Shown here: positions 43,393 to 55,400 of the stretch, in pieces | Position numbering within the stretch: the first letter of the stretch is position 1 | Layout: the number at the start of each line of letters is the position of its first letter | Source: an uncultured cyanobacterium | GTDB taxonomy: Bacteria > Cyanobacteriota > Cyanobacteriia > Cyanobacteriales > CAWCAG01 | Direction: 5' to 3' | DNA length: 64,000 nt | Assembly (NCBI GenBank): GCA_963803805.1 | Contig: CAWDOD010000010.1 | Location: 160,001-224,000, forward strand | The notes under the pieces: model-generated | Told to the model about the DNA's origin: nothing | What the model saw: the letters and a program-made list of their open reading frames with translations, nothing else | Databases searched by the model: none | Made by a program: the position numbers and the translations under genes

Positions 43393-45939
43393 ATGCTCCG
43401 TAACACTTACTCAAAACTCTCTTTGAGATTAAAGATACTTTTGCCCTTGCTTACCCTGTTTCTCTTAATGTGGGGTTTAGGCGCTCTTTCTATGGGCTAT
43501 TTTTTTACGAAACGCTTAGAAAAACATAGCCAAGAAGATGCTGAAGGGATTGCTTCTATAGTTTTAGAAAACTTTGAAAGAAAGAAAGAATTACTCTTTT
43601 TACAAGCAAAATGGGTAGCTGATAGTCAAGAGATTCCTGAGTTAGTAGCTGCGGGTAATAAAAGAAAATTGCAACAAGTTTTATTGCCTTTGCGTACGAC
43701 TCTCAAACTTGATTTTATTGAAGTTGTTAATAGCAATGGAAGTGTATTAGTAGAAGTTAAGGGAAAAGAGATAGTTAAATCTGAGTTAAGGGATGAATCT
43801 GTTCAGAGAGCAGCTAGTGTGGGTATGGATTTATTTGATATTGTGCTAGCCCAAGAGAATAACCCTTCAGTTTTAGTTGGCTTAACTTCGATTAAATCTT
43901 CAGAGGAAATTTTAGGAGGAGTCATTGTTGGTATTGCCATTAATGAGAAATTGCTCGATGAAATTCGCGCTCAAACAGGCTTACATTTAGTTGCTTTATT
44001 CAATTCTCAAGTTACAGCTTCCACTTTACCCCAAGCTAAAAATATTTCCTGGCAAGTATTTGATCACAAATCTTCTTCCCATAAAAAAGTCACTATCGGC
44101 AAGCAAGATTACTTTGCCCACCCTATAGAATTAGCGGGAATTAATAGTATAGATGGTAAGTTGGCTGTTCTCTATTCTACCCAAGAGTTAGATGAAGCAG
44201 AACAGCAACTTTGGCTAGGTATTGGTATTTTTTGTTTATTGGGTTCAGGGGTTACTACTGCAATTGGTATTCGGGTAACAAAGTTGCTTATCAAGCGTCT
44301 TGAACAAGTAACTGAAGTTGCTAAGCAAGTAACTGAAAAAGCTGATTTTTCACTCCAAGCTCCTGTTACAGATAAGGATGAAGTAACAGTTTTAGCTACC
44401 TCTTTAAATCAGTTAATTGGGCAAGTTGGGCAGTTATTAACAGAGAAAGAAGCAGAGGTAGAAAGACAACAAACTCTTAGTGAAGAATTACAAGTAGCCA
44501 AAGAAGCTGCTGAAGTTTCTAATCGCTCTAAGAGCGAGTTTTTAGCTAATATGAGCCATGAATTGAGGACTCCTCTTAATGGCATTCTTGGTTATACTCA
44601 GATTCTGCAAGATTCTTTGAATATGACCGATTCTGAGTTACGAGGGATTGATATTATTCATCAATGTGGCAACCATTTACTAACCTTAATTAATGATATT
44701 TTAGACCTTTCTAAAATTGAAGCTGGGAAAATGGAACTCTATCCCAAAGAATTTTATCTGGTTTCTTTGATAGACAGTATTGCGAATATTTGCGAAATCC
44801 GCTCCCAAAAACATCATATTTCTTTCCATTGCCAGCTTAGCCCGCAACTACCCCAATGGGTTTATGGTGATGATAAACGCTTACGACAGGTATTAATTAA
44901 TCTTTTAGGTAATGCTATTAAGTTTACTAAATCCGGAGGAGTAACCTTAAAGGCTAATGTTTTAGAAAGAAGTTTAGGAGATAATCACCAACCAAAAGCT
45001 AAAATTCGCTTCCAAATAGAAGATACTGGCATTGGTATGACCCCAGAACAATTAAAAAGAATTTTTTTACCATTTGAGCAAGTAGGGGAAGTTTCTCGAA
45101 AAGGAGAAGGAGCAGGTTTAGGGTTAGCTATTACGAAAAAGATTCTTACTTTGATGGATTCTAAGTTAGAAGTACGCAGTCAGTTGGGAGAAGGAAGTGT
45201 ATTTTGGTTTGATGTCTTTTTGTCAGAAACTGCTAACTTGACTGAGGTTAAATCTACTCCTCAAAAAACTCAGAATATGATCGGTTTTACTGGGGAGAAA
45301 AACAAGATTTTAATAGTAGATGACCAGTGGTCTAATCGTTTAATTGTTATTAATATGCTGGCTCGTTTAGGGTTTCAAATTGCCGAAGCAAATGACGGTA
45401 GTGAAGGTTTGCAACAAGTTGAAAAATTTCAACCTGACTTGATTATTATGGATTTGATTATGCCTAAAATGGATGGCTTTGAGGCTATTGAAAAATTGCG
45501 CCAATCTCCTCAAGGACAATCATTAAAAGTTATCGCTTCTTCTGCAAGTGTATTTGATAAGGATAGATACAAAAGCCTTGAAGTGGGGGCAGATGGTTTT
45601 CTGCCTAAACCAATCGATAAAGAAGATTTATTGCAATTATTGCAGCAACATTTGCAATTAGAATGGATTTATCAACAACCAAGCCAGGAAAGGTTAATTC
45701 GCCAAAACCAAGAGCCAGAGAAAGTTATTTGTTTACCTACACCTAAAGAATTAAACGAACTTTACGACTTAGCTAGATCCGGATTAATCAGCGATATTTT
45801 GGAACAACTTGATACTCTAGAGGAAAACAATCCTAATTTAAGTCCTTTTAGCAGCCAGCTTCGGCAGTGGACTAAAGGGTTTCAACTGAAAAAAATTAGA
45901 GATTTTCTTCAAGAAAGCCTCAAACAAACTCCTAATTAA
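43393..45939 (+). CDS. Hybrid histidine kinase (periplasmic Cache-like sensor, HAMP, HisKA, HATPase, REC)
   Basis: Two TM helices around a periplasmic domain of about 230 aa; [34 protein letters not shown] / IMDLIMP. Confidence 0.92.
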   Translation: MLRNTYSKLSLRLKILLPLLTLFLLMWGLGALSMGYFFTKRLEKHSQEDAEGIASIVLENFERKKELLFLQAKWVADSQEIPELVAAGNKRKLQQVLLPLRTTLKLDFIEVVNSNGSVLVEVKGKEIVKSELRDESVQRAASVGMDLFDIVLAQENNPSVLVGLTSIKSSEEILGGVIVGIAINEKLLDEIRAQTGLHLVALFNSQVTASTLPQAKNISWQVFDHKSSSHKKVTIGKQDYFAHPIELAGINSIDGKLAVLYSTQELDEAEQQLWLGIGIFCLLGSGVTTAIGIRVTKLLIKRLEQVTEVAKQVTEKADFSLQAPVTDKDEVTVLATSLNQLIGQVGQLLTEKEAEVERQQTLSEELQVAKEAAEVSNRSKSEFLANMSHELRTPLNGILGYTQILQDSLNMTDSELRGIDIIHQCGNHLLTLINDILDLSKIEAGKMELYPKEFYLVSLIDSIANICEIRSQKHHISFHCQLSPQLPQWVYGDDKRLRQVLINLLGNAIKFTKSGGVTLKANVLERSLGDNHQPKAKIRFQIEDTGIGMTPEQLKRIFLPFEQVGEVSRKGEGAGLGLAITKKILTLMDSKLEVRSQLGEGSVFWFDVFLSETANLTEVKSTPQKTQNMIGFTGEKNKILIVDDQWSNRLIVINMLARLGFQIAEANDGSEGLQQVEKFQPDLIIMDLIMPKMDGFEAIEKLRQSPQGQSLKVIASSASVFDKDRYKSLEVGADGFLPKPIDKEDLLQLLQQHLQLEWIYQQPSQERLIRQNQEPEKVICLPTPKELNELYDLARSGLISDILEQLDTLEENNPNLSPFSSQLRQWTKGFQLKKIRDFLQESLKQTPN

Positions 45940-45955
45940 AATCTTCAGGTCAATT

Positions 45956-48196
45956 ATGATCCCTCAACCGCCGAAAACAAACCCTTTCTTAAATTGGTTT
46001 GCCCAACGCCTAGACAGCACTAAAATTGAACGCCAAATTGTCTATGGATATTCTTTAGCCGTTGGTATAGCTGTTTTGGGGACAACAGCAGGACTAATTA
46101 TTGGTAATTCTTACCAACAGTATGCTTATGAATTAAGGGAAGATTTCTTAGAAGAAGTAGAGTTAACTCTGCAACTACAAAATCAATTATTACACTTACA
46201 AAAACATCAGCAACAATTTTTAGTTTTATTAGATAAACCAGAGCTTTTTCGCGAAGAATATCTACTTTTCAAAAATCATCAAAAAGAAGTCTATGAAGTT
46301 TGGTCATTATTCAAAGATTCCTACCAAGGATTTAAGCCAGGGGATAATAATGAAGAGTTGCGCATCATGGAGAGTATCATTGCCAATTATGATGGATTAG
46401 AAGTAGATTATACCAGACAGCTAGACGCAGTTTTACAAGTGATGGATGGTGATAATCCCTCTCCAGAAGAAAGAGCAAGACTGCAATCTTTACTGCTAGC
46501 ATTTGGTAAAAATCCTCTCTCTCTGCAACTTAGGGAGTTTGTGATTAGTTTAGAGGAATTAATCGCCGAAGTTGAAGAAGAACGTTTGCCAGCAGAAGTA
46601 GCTTTAAGAAGGGCTACCCAATTACGTAATTTTATTATTATTAGTAGCATACTATTCTCGATTTTAATTGCCACTTTACTCGCTTCTTATACTAATAAAA
46701 CAGTGCTATCTATTCAAGAAAAGGAGTTGCAAAATCAAAAGCTGTTAAGCACACAATTGCAGGAAGCAAAAGAAAAAGCTGAAGTTGCTAATCTGGCTAA
46801 AAGTGAATTTCTCACCAATATGAGTCATGAGTTAAGAACTCCCCTTAATGGTATTTTAGGCTACACTCAAATCATGAAAAATTCCTCTACCATGACTGCT
46901 TCCGAGAGTAAAGGAATTGATGTTATTAATCAGTGTGGTAAGCATCTACTGACTTTAATTAATGATATTTTAGATTTGGCAAAAATTGAAGCAGGGAAGA
47001 TGGAACTTGAGGCTGGTAGTTGGCATTTTCCCTCTTTTTTAAATGACTTAGTTGCGATCTGCAAAATTCGAGCGCACAAAAAGAATATAGCTTTCCTTAA
47101 GCTACTAGAAACTCAACTACCTGAGCATATTTCTGGTGATCAAAAACGCTTACGACAAGTACTGATTAATCTGTTAGGTAATGCTATTAAGTTTACAGAT
47201 GTGGGTAAAGTAACTTTTCGAGTAGATGTCCTGAAAAAAAGTTTAAATAACAACCAGCAATTAATTAATAAAATCCGTTTCCAGGTAGAAGATACGGGTA
47301 TTGGCATGACACCACAACAGTTAGAAACAATCTTTTTACCTTTTGAACAAGCGGGGGAAGTTTCTCGTAAAACAGAAGGGACTGGCTTGGGGTTAGCTAT
47401 TACAACAAAAATCCTCTCTATGATGGACTCTAAACTTGAAGTACGGAGCAAGTTAGGAGAAGGGAGTGTATTTTGGTTTGATTTGTTTGTTCCGGAACTT
47501 GATATTCAAGAAGATGCTGAGGCTTCTGTCCCGAAAAATATTATTGGTTTTACTGGTGAAAAAAAGAAAATCCTCATAGTAGACGATCGCTGGTCTAATA
47601 GGTTAATTATTATTAGTATGTTATCCCCTTTAGGGTTTCAAATTACTGAGGCAAATAACGGACAAGAAGCTTTGCAAAAAATTACCGGTTTTCAGCCTGA
47701 TTTAGTGATTATGGACTTAGTTATGCCTCAAATAGATGGTTTTGAGGTGATCCGAAGATTGCGCAAATACCCTCAGTGGCAATTATTAAAAATAATTGCT
47801 TCTTCTGCTAGCGTTTTTACCAGGGATCAGCAAAAAAGTATTGAAGTAGGAGCAGATAGTTTTTTACCAAAACCAATAGATAAAGTTAAGCTAATGGAAA
47901 TGCTGCAAAAGCATTTGCAATTGGAGTGGGTTTATCAACAAGAAAATCAAGATATATCCCTAGAAGAAAAAGCCCTAGAAATTCAAACTTTAGTTTTACC
48001 TTCAAATGAACAAATCAAAGAACTTTATGACTCAGCAAGAGCAGGTTTAATTAGTGACATCTTAGACTTAATTACTGATTTAGAAAAAGACAATGCTGAT
48101 TTAATTCCCTTTGGACAAAAAATCCGTCACTGGGCCAAAAACTTCCAAGTTAAAGAAATTCAGAATTATCTTAAATCCCTTACTAAACAAAACTAA
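45956..48196 (+). CDS. Hybrid histidine kinase (helical periplasmic sensor, HisKA, HATPase, REC)
   Basis: Two TM helices; [39 protein letters not shown]. Confidence 0.92.
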   Translation: MIPQPPKTNPFLNWFAQRLDSTKIERQIVYGYSLAVGIAVLGTTAGLIIGNSYQQYAYELREDFLEEVELTLQLQNQLLHLQKHQQQFLVLLDKPELFREEYLLFKNHQKEVYEVWSLFKDSYQGFKPGDNNEELRIMESIIANYDGLEVDYTRQLDAVLQVMDGDNPSPEERARLQSLLLAFGKNPLSLQLREFVISLEELIAEVEEERLPAEVALRRATQLRNFIIISSILFSILIATLLASYTNKTVLSIQEKELQNQKLLSTQLQEAKEKAEVANLAKSEFLTNMSHELRTPLNGILGYTQIMKNSSTMTASESKGIDVINQCGKHLLTLINDILDLAKIEAGKMELEAGSWHFPSFLNDLVAICKIRAHKKNIAFLKLLETQLPEHISGDQKRLRQVLINLLGNAIKFTDVGKVTFRVDVLKKSLNNNQQLINKIRFQVEDTGIGMTPQQLETIFLPFEQAGEVSRKTEGTGLGLAITTKILSMMDSKLEVRSKLGEGSVFWFDLFVPELDIQEDAEASVPKNIIGFTGEKKKILIVDDRWSNRLIIISMLSPLGFQITEANNGQEALQKITGFQPDLVIMDLVMPQIDGFEVIRRLRKYPQWQLLKIIASSASVFTRDQQKSIEVGADSFLPKPIDKVKLMEMLQKHLQLEWVYQQENQDISLEEKALEIQTLVLPSNEQIKELYDSARAGLISDILDLITDLEKDNADLIPFGQKIRHWAKNFQVKEIQNYLKSLTKQN

Positions 48197-48231
48197 GTAA
48201 TAACTATCGCTTATTACTCATTACTTATAAA

Positions 48232-50040
48232 ATGCTTTTTCCTTTATTATTACAATTCATTCCCCACGGACATTGTTATCTTTGGCAAACAGGGCTGGTT
48301 AGCCTACATCTTATCTCCGATGCAACTATAGCCATTGCCTACTTTTCCATCCCCTTAACTTTGTTGTATTTAGTCCACAAAAGAGGAGATATTCCCTTTG
48401 ATTGGATCTTCTTCTGCTTTGCTGCCTTTATTGTCTTGTGTGGTACAACCCATCTCATGGGAATTTGGACTCTTTGGTATCCTAACTATTGGGTATCTGG
48501 GTTAATTAAAGCCTTTACGGCTATAGTTTCTGTCGCTACAGCAATCCTCTCTGTTTACCTCGTACCTAAAGCCATTGCCTTACCTAGCCCTGCCCAATTG
48601 CAAGCGGCAAAAGAAGCTGCCGAAGTTGCTAACCTTTCTAAAAGCGAATTTCTAGCTAACATGAGCCATGAATTAAGGACTCCCCTTAATGGTATTTTAG
48701 GTTATGCCCAAATCCTGCAAAAATCTCCTACCATGACTGCCAAGGAGATTAAGGGTATTGATATTATCTATCGTTCCGGTAATCATCTCCTCACTCTCAT
48801 CAACGATATTTTGGATTCTTCCAAAATTGAAGCTGGGAAAATGGAATTGTACAAAACTGCATTTAATCTTTCTGGCTTCCTAGAAAATATCGTTGATATT
48901 TGTCGCATTCGAGTAGAAAAACAGCACATTACCTTTGCATACCACCCTAATCCTCGACTACCTGAATTTGTTAGAGGAGATGAAAAACGTTTGCGACAGG
49001 TACTAATTAATCTTTTGGGCAATGCTATAAAATTCACCAACACTGGAGGAGTCACCTTTTCTGTTGATGTTATAGAAGAAGACAAGCAACAACTAAGCAA
49101 TAAAATTCGCTTTCAAATTGAAGATACTGGTGTTGGAATTGCCCCGGAGGAATTAGAAAAGATTTTCCTTCCTTTTGAACAAGTAGGCAGCCTTTCTCGG
49201 CAAGTAGAAGGAACAGGTTTGGGGTTAACAATTACTAACAAAATTCTTTCTACAATGAATACCAGCTTACAGGTACGTAGTCAATTAGGAGAAGGAAGTA
49301 AGTTTTGGTTTGATTTAGTCTTATTAGATGTTACCGAAAAACCCGATTTAAGCAGAAATCATACTCCTATTATAGTAGGATTCAAAGGAGAAGAGCGTAA
49401 GATTTTAGTTGTAGATGATCAGTGGTTAAATCGCTCAGTAGTTAGAAAACTTCTTACTCCCCTAGGCTTTAAAGTTGCCGAAGCAAGTAACGGAGAAGAA
49501 GGTTTAAAAAAAGTAGCCGAGTTTAAACCTGATTTGATTATTTCTGATTTTGTGATGCCAGAAATGGATGGCTTTGAAATGCTACGGCGCTTACGAAATT
49601 CTTCACTAGTGGATTCTACTATTTTAATTGCTTCATCTGCTAGTGTTTTTGATACCGATAAGCAAAAGAGTTTACAAGCTGGGTTTAACGATTTTCTCCC
49701 TAAACCAGTAAGCCAAGATGAGTTACTAGAGAAATTAGAGAAACATTTACCAATCGAATGGATTTATCAACAGCAAAACGAAACACAGCAAATTAGCGAT
49801 CGCCTAGAAGCAGAAACAATGGCAGCTAACAACTCACTAGTGTTTCCTCCCCCAGAAAAAATATCTCAACTCTATGATTTAGCTAAGGGAGGTCTTATTA
49901 GTGATATTTTGGAGGAAGCAGAAAAGATAGCAACATCAGATGCGAAGTATACACTTTTTGTTGCAAAGTTAACTCAATTAGGGCAAGGTTTTAAGATCAA
50001 ACAACTACAAGAATTCCTTAAGCAGGCTGTTGGTAATTGA
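48232..50040 (+). CDS. Hybrid histidine kinase with an ETR1-type ethylene-binding domain
   Basis: PHGHCYLW...[13 protein letters not shown]...[32 protein letters not shown]. Confidence 0.9.
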   Translation: MLFPLLLQFIPHGHCYLWQTGLVSLHLISDATIAIAYFSIPLTLLYLVHKRGDIPFDWIFFCFAAFIVLCGTTHLMGIWTLWYPNYWVSGLIKAFTAIVSVATAILSVYLVPKAIALPSPAQLQAAKEAAEVANLSKSEFLANMSHELRTPLNGILGYAQILQKSPTMTAKEIKGIDIIYRSGNHLLTLINDILDSSKIEAGKMELYKTAFNLSGFLENIVDICRIRVEKQHITFAYHPNPRLPEFVRGDEKRLRQVLINLLGNAIKFTNTGGVTFSVDVIEEDKQQLSNKIRFQIEDTGVGIAPEELEKIFLPFEQVGSLSRQVEGTGLGLTITNKILSTMNTSLQVRSQLGEGSKFWFDLVLLDVTEKPDLSRNHTPIIVGFKGEERKILVVDDQWLNRSVVRKLLTPLGFKVAEASNGEEGLKKVAEFKPDLIISDFVMPEMDGFEMLRRLRNSSLVDSTILIASSASVFDTDKQKSLQAGFNDFLPKPVSQDELLEKLEKHLPIEWIYQQQNETQQISDRLEAETMAANNSLVFPPPEKISQLYDLAKGGLISDILEEAEKIATSDAKYTLFVAKLTQLGQGFKIKQLQEFLKQAVGN

Positions 50041-50207
50041 TAATTGATAATTACTAGTGGCTGAACAGATTTTAGATAATTTTTCTGTTTTGTTTAAGAG
50101 AACTTCAATAAATAAAATATCCTCACCAAGTATTAAGATTTGAGCAACTAGCAACTAGCCATTAGCTTATCGCTTTTGGATAAGTCTTTTCTTAGTTCTC
50201 TGTTAGA

Positions 50208-50657
50208 TTATTTATCATTTAACGAATCTATACCTTGCTCTTTAAGTTTTTCAAGCTGGTCTTTCATTGCTTTAACTTGTTCGGCTGGGTGTCCTTGCCA
50301 AATCGTAACTTCTCCTACAATTTTAAATGGTTGTGTCGAACGATAAGATTTAGTAGGATTACCTGGAAATTTTTTATCTGTCAAGTCTGGATCGTCTTCA
50401 AGTTCTCCTGTTGCTTCTACTAAATAAATTCTTTCCCGTCCTTCTCCAAGTGCAAGTTCAGCTCCCCAAATAGCTGCATCCAATGTTGCTGTCAAGAAGA
50501 TGTATTTTGCATTTTTCTTTCGTCCAAAATTTGAATTGAAACCAACTTTAATTAAGTCGCCAACTTTCAAGTCAGCCTTCGTTCCGTGAAAATAGGCTTG
50601 AACGAAAGGTGTTGCACCTTGTCCGTTTGATTTCTTATCCTTTTTGTTTTGTTCCAT
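50208..50657 (-). CDS. arr: NAD+--rifampin ADP-ribosyltransferase
   Basis: FHGTKADL, AAIWGAELA, RIYLVE, EDDPDLTDKKFPGNPTKSYRS. Confidence 0.92.
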   Translation of the reverse strand: MEQNKKDKKSNGQGATPFVQAYFHGTKADLKVGDLIKVGFNSNFGRKKNAKYIFLTATLDAAIWGAELALGEGRERIYLVEATGELEDDPDLTDKKFPGNPTKSYRSTQPFKIVGEVTIWQGHPAEQVKAMKDQLEKLKEQGIDSLNDK

Positions 50658-50812
50658 TGGTCAAAAGTTAAAGTAGTCTGTTATTTTTTGATATGGCATT
50701 ATATTTCTCTATCCCACTGCATATTTACTATCTGGGTTAAATACAAAATCAATAATTTGTCTTGATAGTTACTCTTCTAGTTTTATTCTTCGTGTTTCTT
50801 GCCAACTAAACT

Positions 50813-51855
50813 TCAGAAAACCAATGTCCACCCTTCCTGACGAGCCTGTTCACGGGTATAGGAAACACCATCAACTTTGATGCCATCGTTGTTGAGCAAG
50901 GTGATAATCCCGCCTCGATTGCTCAATTGGACAGTTTGGGGCAAAACAACCTGCAAAGTGTCTCCTGGGGGGAGGGTGTTGCTAAGAGTAAATTTGTTCT
51001 TGTACCTATCTGCAAGACTCCAGCCCTCTAAATTGAGGGTTTGTGAGGTAGTATTAATTAGAGTAACTGTCTCTGCTTCTGGGGAAGGGCCAATCGGATT
51101 AACCAAAGCAGCAATGATGCGGACGCTTCTCTCTAGTTCCAAAGGTTCTGATGGTTCTAAGGGTTCTGATGGTTCTGATGGTTCTAAGGGTTCTGGTGGA
51201 GGGGTAGCCAAGCAATGACCAGCCTGGTCATCTGTATGCCAACATTGAGATTGAAACTTAAGAAAAATAGCTATCCACTCATTTTCTTGAGGAAAGTGTA
51301 TCAACAAAGCCCCATCTTGATAAACTCCATCATCTTTGCGGAAACCTTCAGAATTGCCCTGATTCATGTGGATATCATGAATGCCATTACCTGGTATGAA
51401 GCCAAAAATCTTGTCTTTTTTGGACTCCGACCCCACCTTTCTCCAAAAGCATAAATAATCGCCTCTTCATCAGACATTGCCCGCCGTATATGCCTGTCAA
51501 TTTTCTCGTTCAAGTCATTGTCTGGCCCTACAACATCAAAGGGAAGGGGTATCATTATCTCAGGATTCGGAATCAAGTTACCGCGAATAAAGTCTAGGGC
51601 TAATCCCCCCGGTTTAGTTTCCAATTCATGAAAACCGGCACTCAATTCAGAAAGTTCTTCAATAATCGGATACTGGAAATTTTCATCAATCCAATACTCC
51701 AGTTCCGAGGGAAAGAGTTTAGATTGGACATTAACAGCAATTCGATAGTCAGTGTCTTGGTCAACAACATGAATCTGATAGTGGGCATTGCTAGTCACAG
51801 CTAATCTTCTGTCAACTACCCACCCTTTTAAGACACCGTAATTTTTTAAAGGCAT
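50813..51855 (-). CDS. DUF2278 (YukJ-like) protein fused to a lamin-tail-like domain; frameshift near 51430
   Basis: MPLKNYGVLKG, YRIAVNV, LDFIRG, GIHDIHMNQGN, DGAL; an EP(L/S) repeat linker; then IIAALVNP...LSNRGG.ITL...VSY. Confidence 0.82.
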
Positions 51856-52132
51856 TTTGGCGATCGCTCCACATCTGCAAGCAATGTTTAAGCTCAATAT
51901 TAGGAAGCACTTTCTGACAAGTTTGTCGGTGAAAGGTTAGTTAATTTGCGTATCTAATGTCAAGACCTCTGTATGAAGATTTAATTATTTCGTACTTCCT
52001 ACCATCTAGTATAAAGCTGAGGTTACTAGAATTAAGATTAAGAATATTGGATTTTTTTTGCTAATAGCAGAATTTCCCTGCAATCTAGAGCATAATCAAA
52101 CCTAAATATCGTCCCTAAAGCTACGGCTTCAG

Positions 52133-52261
52133 TAAGCTGTCAGGCATTTAATTTACTTAACTTAGGTTTGATGAGGAGATAGGGGGATAGGGAGATGGGG
52201 GAAGGGTTTTAGGGCTTATTTCCTAGTTTAGTAATACACAGTTTAAATGCACATCAGCTTA
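52133..52261. mobile_element. MITE-like element, copy 2 (inverted relative to 13955-14057)
   Basis: taagctgtcaggcatttaa ... ttaaatgcacatcagctta; the interior matches copy 1 plus extra purine-rich 8-mers. Confidence 0.8.
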
Positions 52262-52423
52262 GCAGAAATAGATCAATTAGCAGAAGCAACAGAAACTCTC
52301 CAGAAAATTTCAATGCAAACAATTAAAAACTGCATACATAACTTAAGCTTGCAAAGAAATATATACAGGTACAATTTTGCTAAAGTTTACCTTCTTTATC
52401 GTTAAGTTTATCCTGTTTAAATA

Positions 52424-55400
52424 ATGTCTGACTTTTCTCTGTTACGCTTGTTGGGTTTGCAGAATCTTTCTCGCCTTAGTTTGGTTTTGTTGCTGGCGGT
52501 TGCGGCTCCTTTTCTGCCTTTAAGTTTTGGGTTGCAACCTGGGTTGGTGAGGGCGGAAACGGTTGAGGAGAAGGATGCTAGGGCGCGGCAGTTATATTCT
52601 GAGGCTGGTGATTTGTGGCGTGTTAGCAAGTTTGCAGAAGCATTTGAGAAATTGCAGGAGGCTTTGCAGCTTTTTCGAGAAGCGGGTAATCAGCAAATGC
52701 AAGGTAATACGCTTAGTAGCTTGGGGGAAATTTACAGAAGTACAGGAAAATATGAAGAGGCAATTAATTACCATCAGCAAGCTCTAGCTATTACTCGGAA
52801 AATTGGTGACCAATCTGGAGAAGGTACTATTCTTAACAATTTAGGATTAGTTTATCGAAATTCAGGAGAATATAAGAAGGCAATTAATTACTATCAGCAG
52901 GCTTTAGCCATTGTTCGGGAAGTTGATAACCAACCGACAGAAGGTGCTACTCTCAGTAATTTAGGGTCAGTCTATCAAAGTATAGGAAAATATGAAGAGG
53001 CAATCAATTACCATCAGCAAGCTCTAGCTGTTACTCGGAAAATTGGTGACCAATCTGGAGAAGGTACTATTCTCAACAATTTAGGAGAAGTTTATCGAAA
53101 TCTAGGAGAATATAAGAAGGCAATTAATTACTATCAGCAGGCTTTAGCTATTATTCGGGAAGTTGGTAATCGCGCTGGGGAAGGTGCTATTCTCAACAAT
53201 TTAGGATTAATCTCTCAAAGTATAGGAGAATATAAGAAGGCAATTAATTACTATCAGCAGGCTTTAGCCATTATTCGGGAAGTTGGTAATCGCGCTGGGG
53301 AAGGTGCTATTCTCAACAATTTAGGATTCATCTACAGTGACTTAGGAAAGTATGAGGAGGCTATTGCTTACTACCAGGAAGCTTTGGCTATTACTAGGAA
53401 AGTTGGTAATCGCGCTGGGGAAGGTGCTATTCTCAACAATTTAGGAGAAGTTTATCGAAATTTAGGAAAGTATGAGGAGGCTGTTGCTTACTATCAACAA
53501 GCTTTGGCTATTCGTGAGGAAGTAGGTGATCGATCTGGAGAAGGTACTACTCTCAACAATTTGGGAGCAGTTTATAGAAGCTTGGGAAAGTACGAGGAAG
53601 CCATTACCTACTATCAGCAAGCTTTAGCTATCCACAGAGAAGTAGGTAATAGCCCCGTGGAAGGTACTACCCTTAACAATTTGGGTTTAATTTATAGTGA
53701 TTTAGGAAAATATGAGGAAGCAATTACCTACTACCAACAAGCTTTAGCTATTCACCAAGAAGTGGGTAATCGCCAAATGGAAGGCAGTACCCTCCACAAC
53801 CTCGGCTATCTCCTCCAAAACCAAAACCAACCCCAACTAGCCATCATCTTCCTCAAACAATCAGTCAACATCTACGAAACCATCCGCGCCGATATCAAAG
53901 GATTACCCACCGACCAACAAGAATCCTACACCGCCACCGTAGCCAACACCTACCGCAAACTAGGCGACCTTCTCCTGCAACAAAACCGCATCCTTGAAGC
54001 CCAACAAGTCCTGGATCTCCTCAAAATTCAGGAATTGGAAGACTACCTGCAAAACGTCAGGGGAGAAGGGGATGAGAAAGTAGTTAACTTAGCCCCAGAA
54101 ATCAACATCATCACCGAATATGCCCAACTGCAAGACAAAGCCATTGCCAACGGTAAAGCCCTAAGCCAACTGCAAGAGGAAGTCAAAGGTATTCCCCTGG
54201 CACAACGCAGCGAAGCCCAACTGCAACGCCTCAAAACTCTAACCAACCAACGGGAAGAATTAGTTACTTTGCTCACTAGCTTTGCAAAAAGGGAAGACGT
54301 GCAAACTTGGGTGCAACAACTGAGCCTCATTTCCCAAGGCAGAAATGTCCCCCTCGACCAACTCAAAAGCATCTCCGATGACTTACAAGACATCGACCAA
54401 AACGCCGTCCTCCTCTATCCCCTCATCCTCGAAGACCGCCTCGAACTCCTCCTCACCACTCCCAACTCTCCCCCCATCCGTCGCACCGTTACTGTGAGTA
54501 GAGAAGAATTGAACCGCACCATAGTTGCCTATCGCCAAGCTTTGAAGCAACGTTCCCCCGATGTGAGAAAACATGGTCAAAAACTCTACAACTGGCTGAT
54601 CAAACCCCTAGAAAACGACCTAGCCACAGCAGAAACAGAAACCATAATTTATGCTCCCGACGGGCAACTGCGCTACATTCCCCTTGCCGCCCTCCACGAT
54701 GGGGAACAGTGGTTAGTAGAAAGGTTCCGAGTTAATAACATCACCGCCCGCAGCCTTACGGATTGGGATGATAAACCATCCCAGGAACTAAATATCTTAG
54801 CCGGGGCATTTGTAGAGGGAAATCATGAGGTGAAAGTGGGCGATCACACTTTTCCTTTTTCCGGGTTAAAGTTTGCTGGGCGGGAGGTAGAAATTCTTGC
54901 TTCTACGATTCCTACCACCGATAAGTTAGTGGATGAGGCGTTTAATAAGGATACCTTTGAAGACAACATGGACACCTACACAGTGCTTCACTTCGCCACC
55001 CATGCGGCCCTAGTTCCCGGCAAACCGGAAGAATCCTTTATCCTCTTTGGCAATGGGGAAACTGTCTCCCTCAAGGAAGTAGATGAGAAATGGAGTATCA
55101 ACAACGTTGATTTAGTCGTCCTCAGCGCTTGCCAAACGGGTTTAGGGGGAGAATTAGGAGAAGATGGCAGGGAAATCCTGGGTTTCGGTTACTTAATGCA
55201 GGATGCCGGAGCAAAAGCTGCGATCGCATCATTGTGGTCAGTGGATGATGGGGGAACCCAAGCTTTGATGAATGCCTTCTACGCAGCCCTAGCCACCAAG
55301 AAATACACCAAAGCCGAAGCCCTACGTCAGGCCCAAATTGCCTTAATCACCGGGGATTATAGCGCCCTTAGCGATGACCCTCGTGGTGCAGTGGAGATTC

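Noticed and set aside
10521-51855. Calling the seven split genes pseudogenes or programmed frameshifts
   Set aside because: Each break is a single-base indel at a methylation motif or homopolymer, with no other decay and no slippery-site or stimulator structure.
52740-53790. Regularly spaced direct repeats resembling a CRISPR array
   Set aside because: The period is 120 nt, in frame, and encodes TPR units; there are no unique spacers or cas genes.
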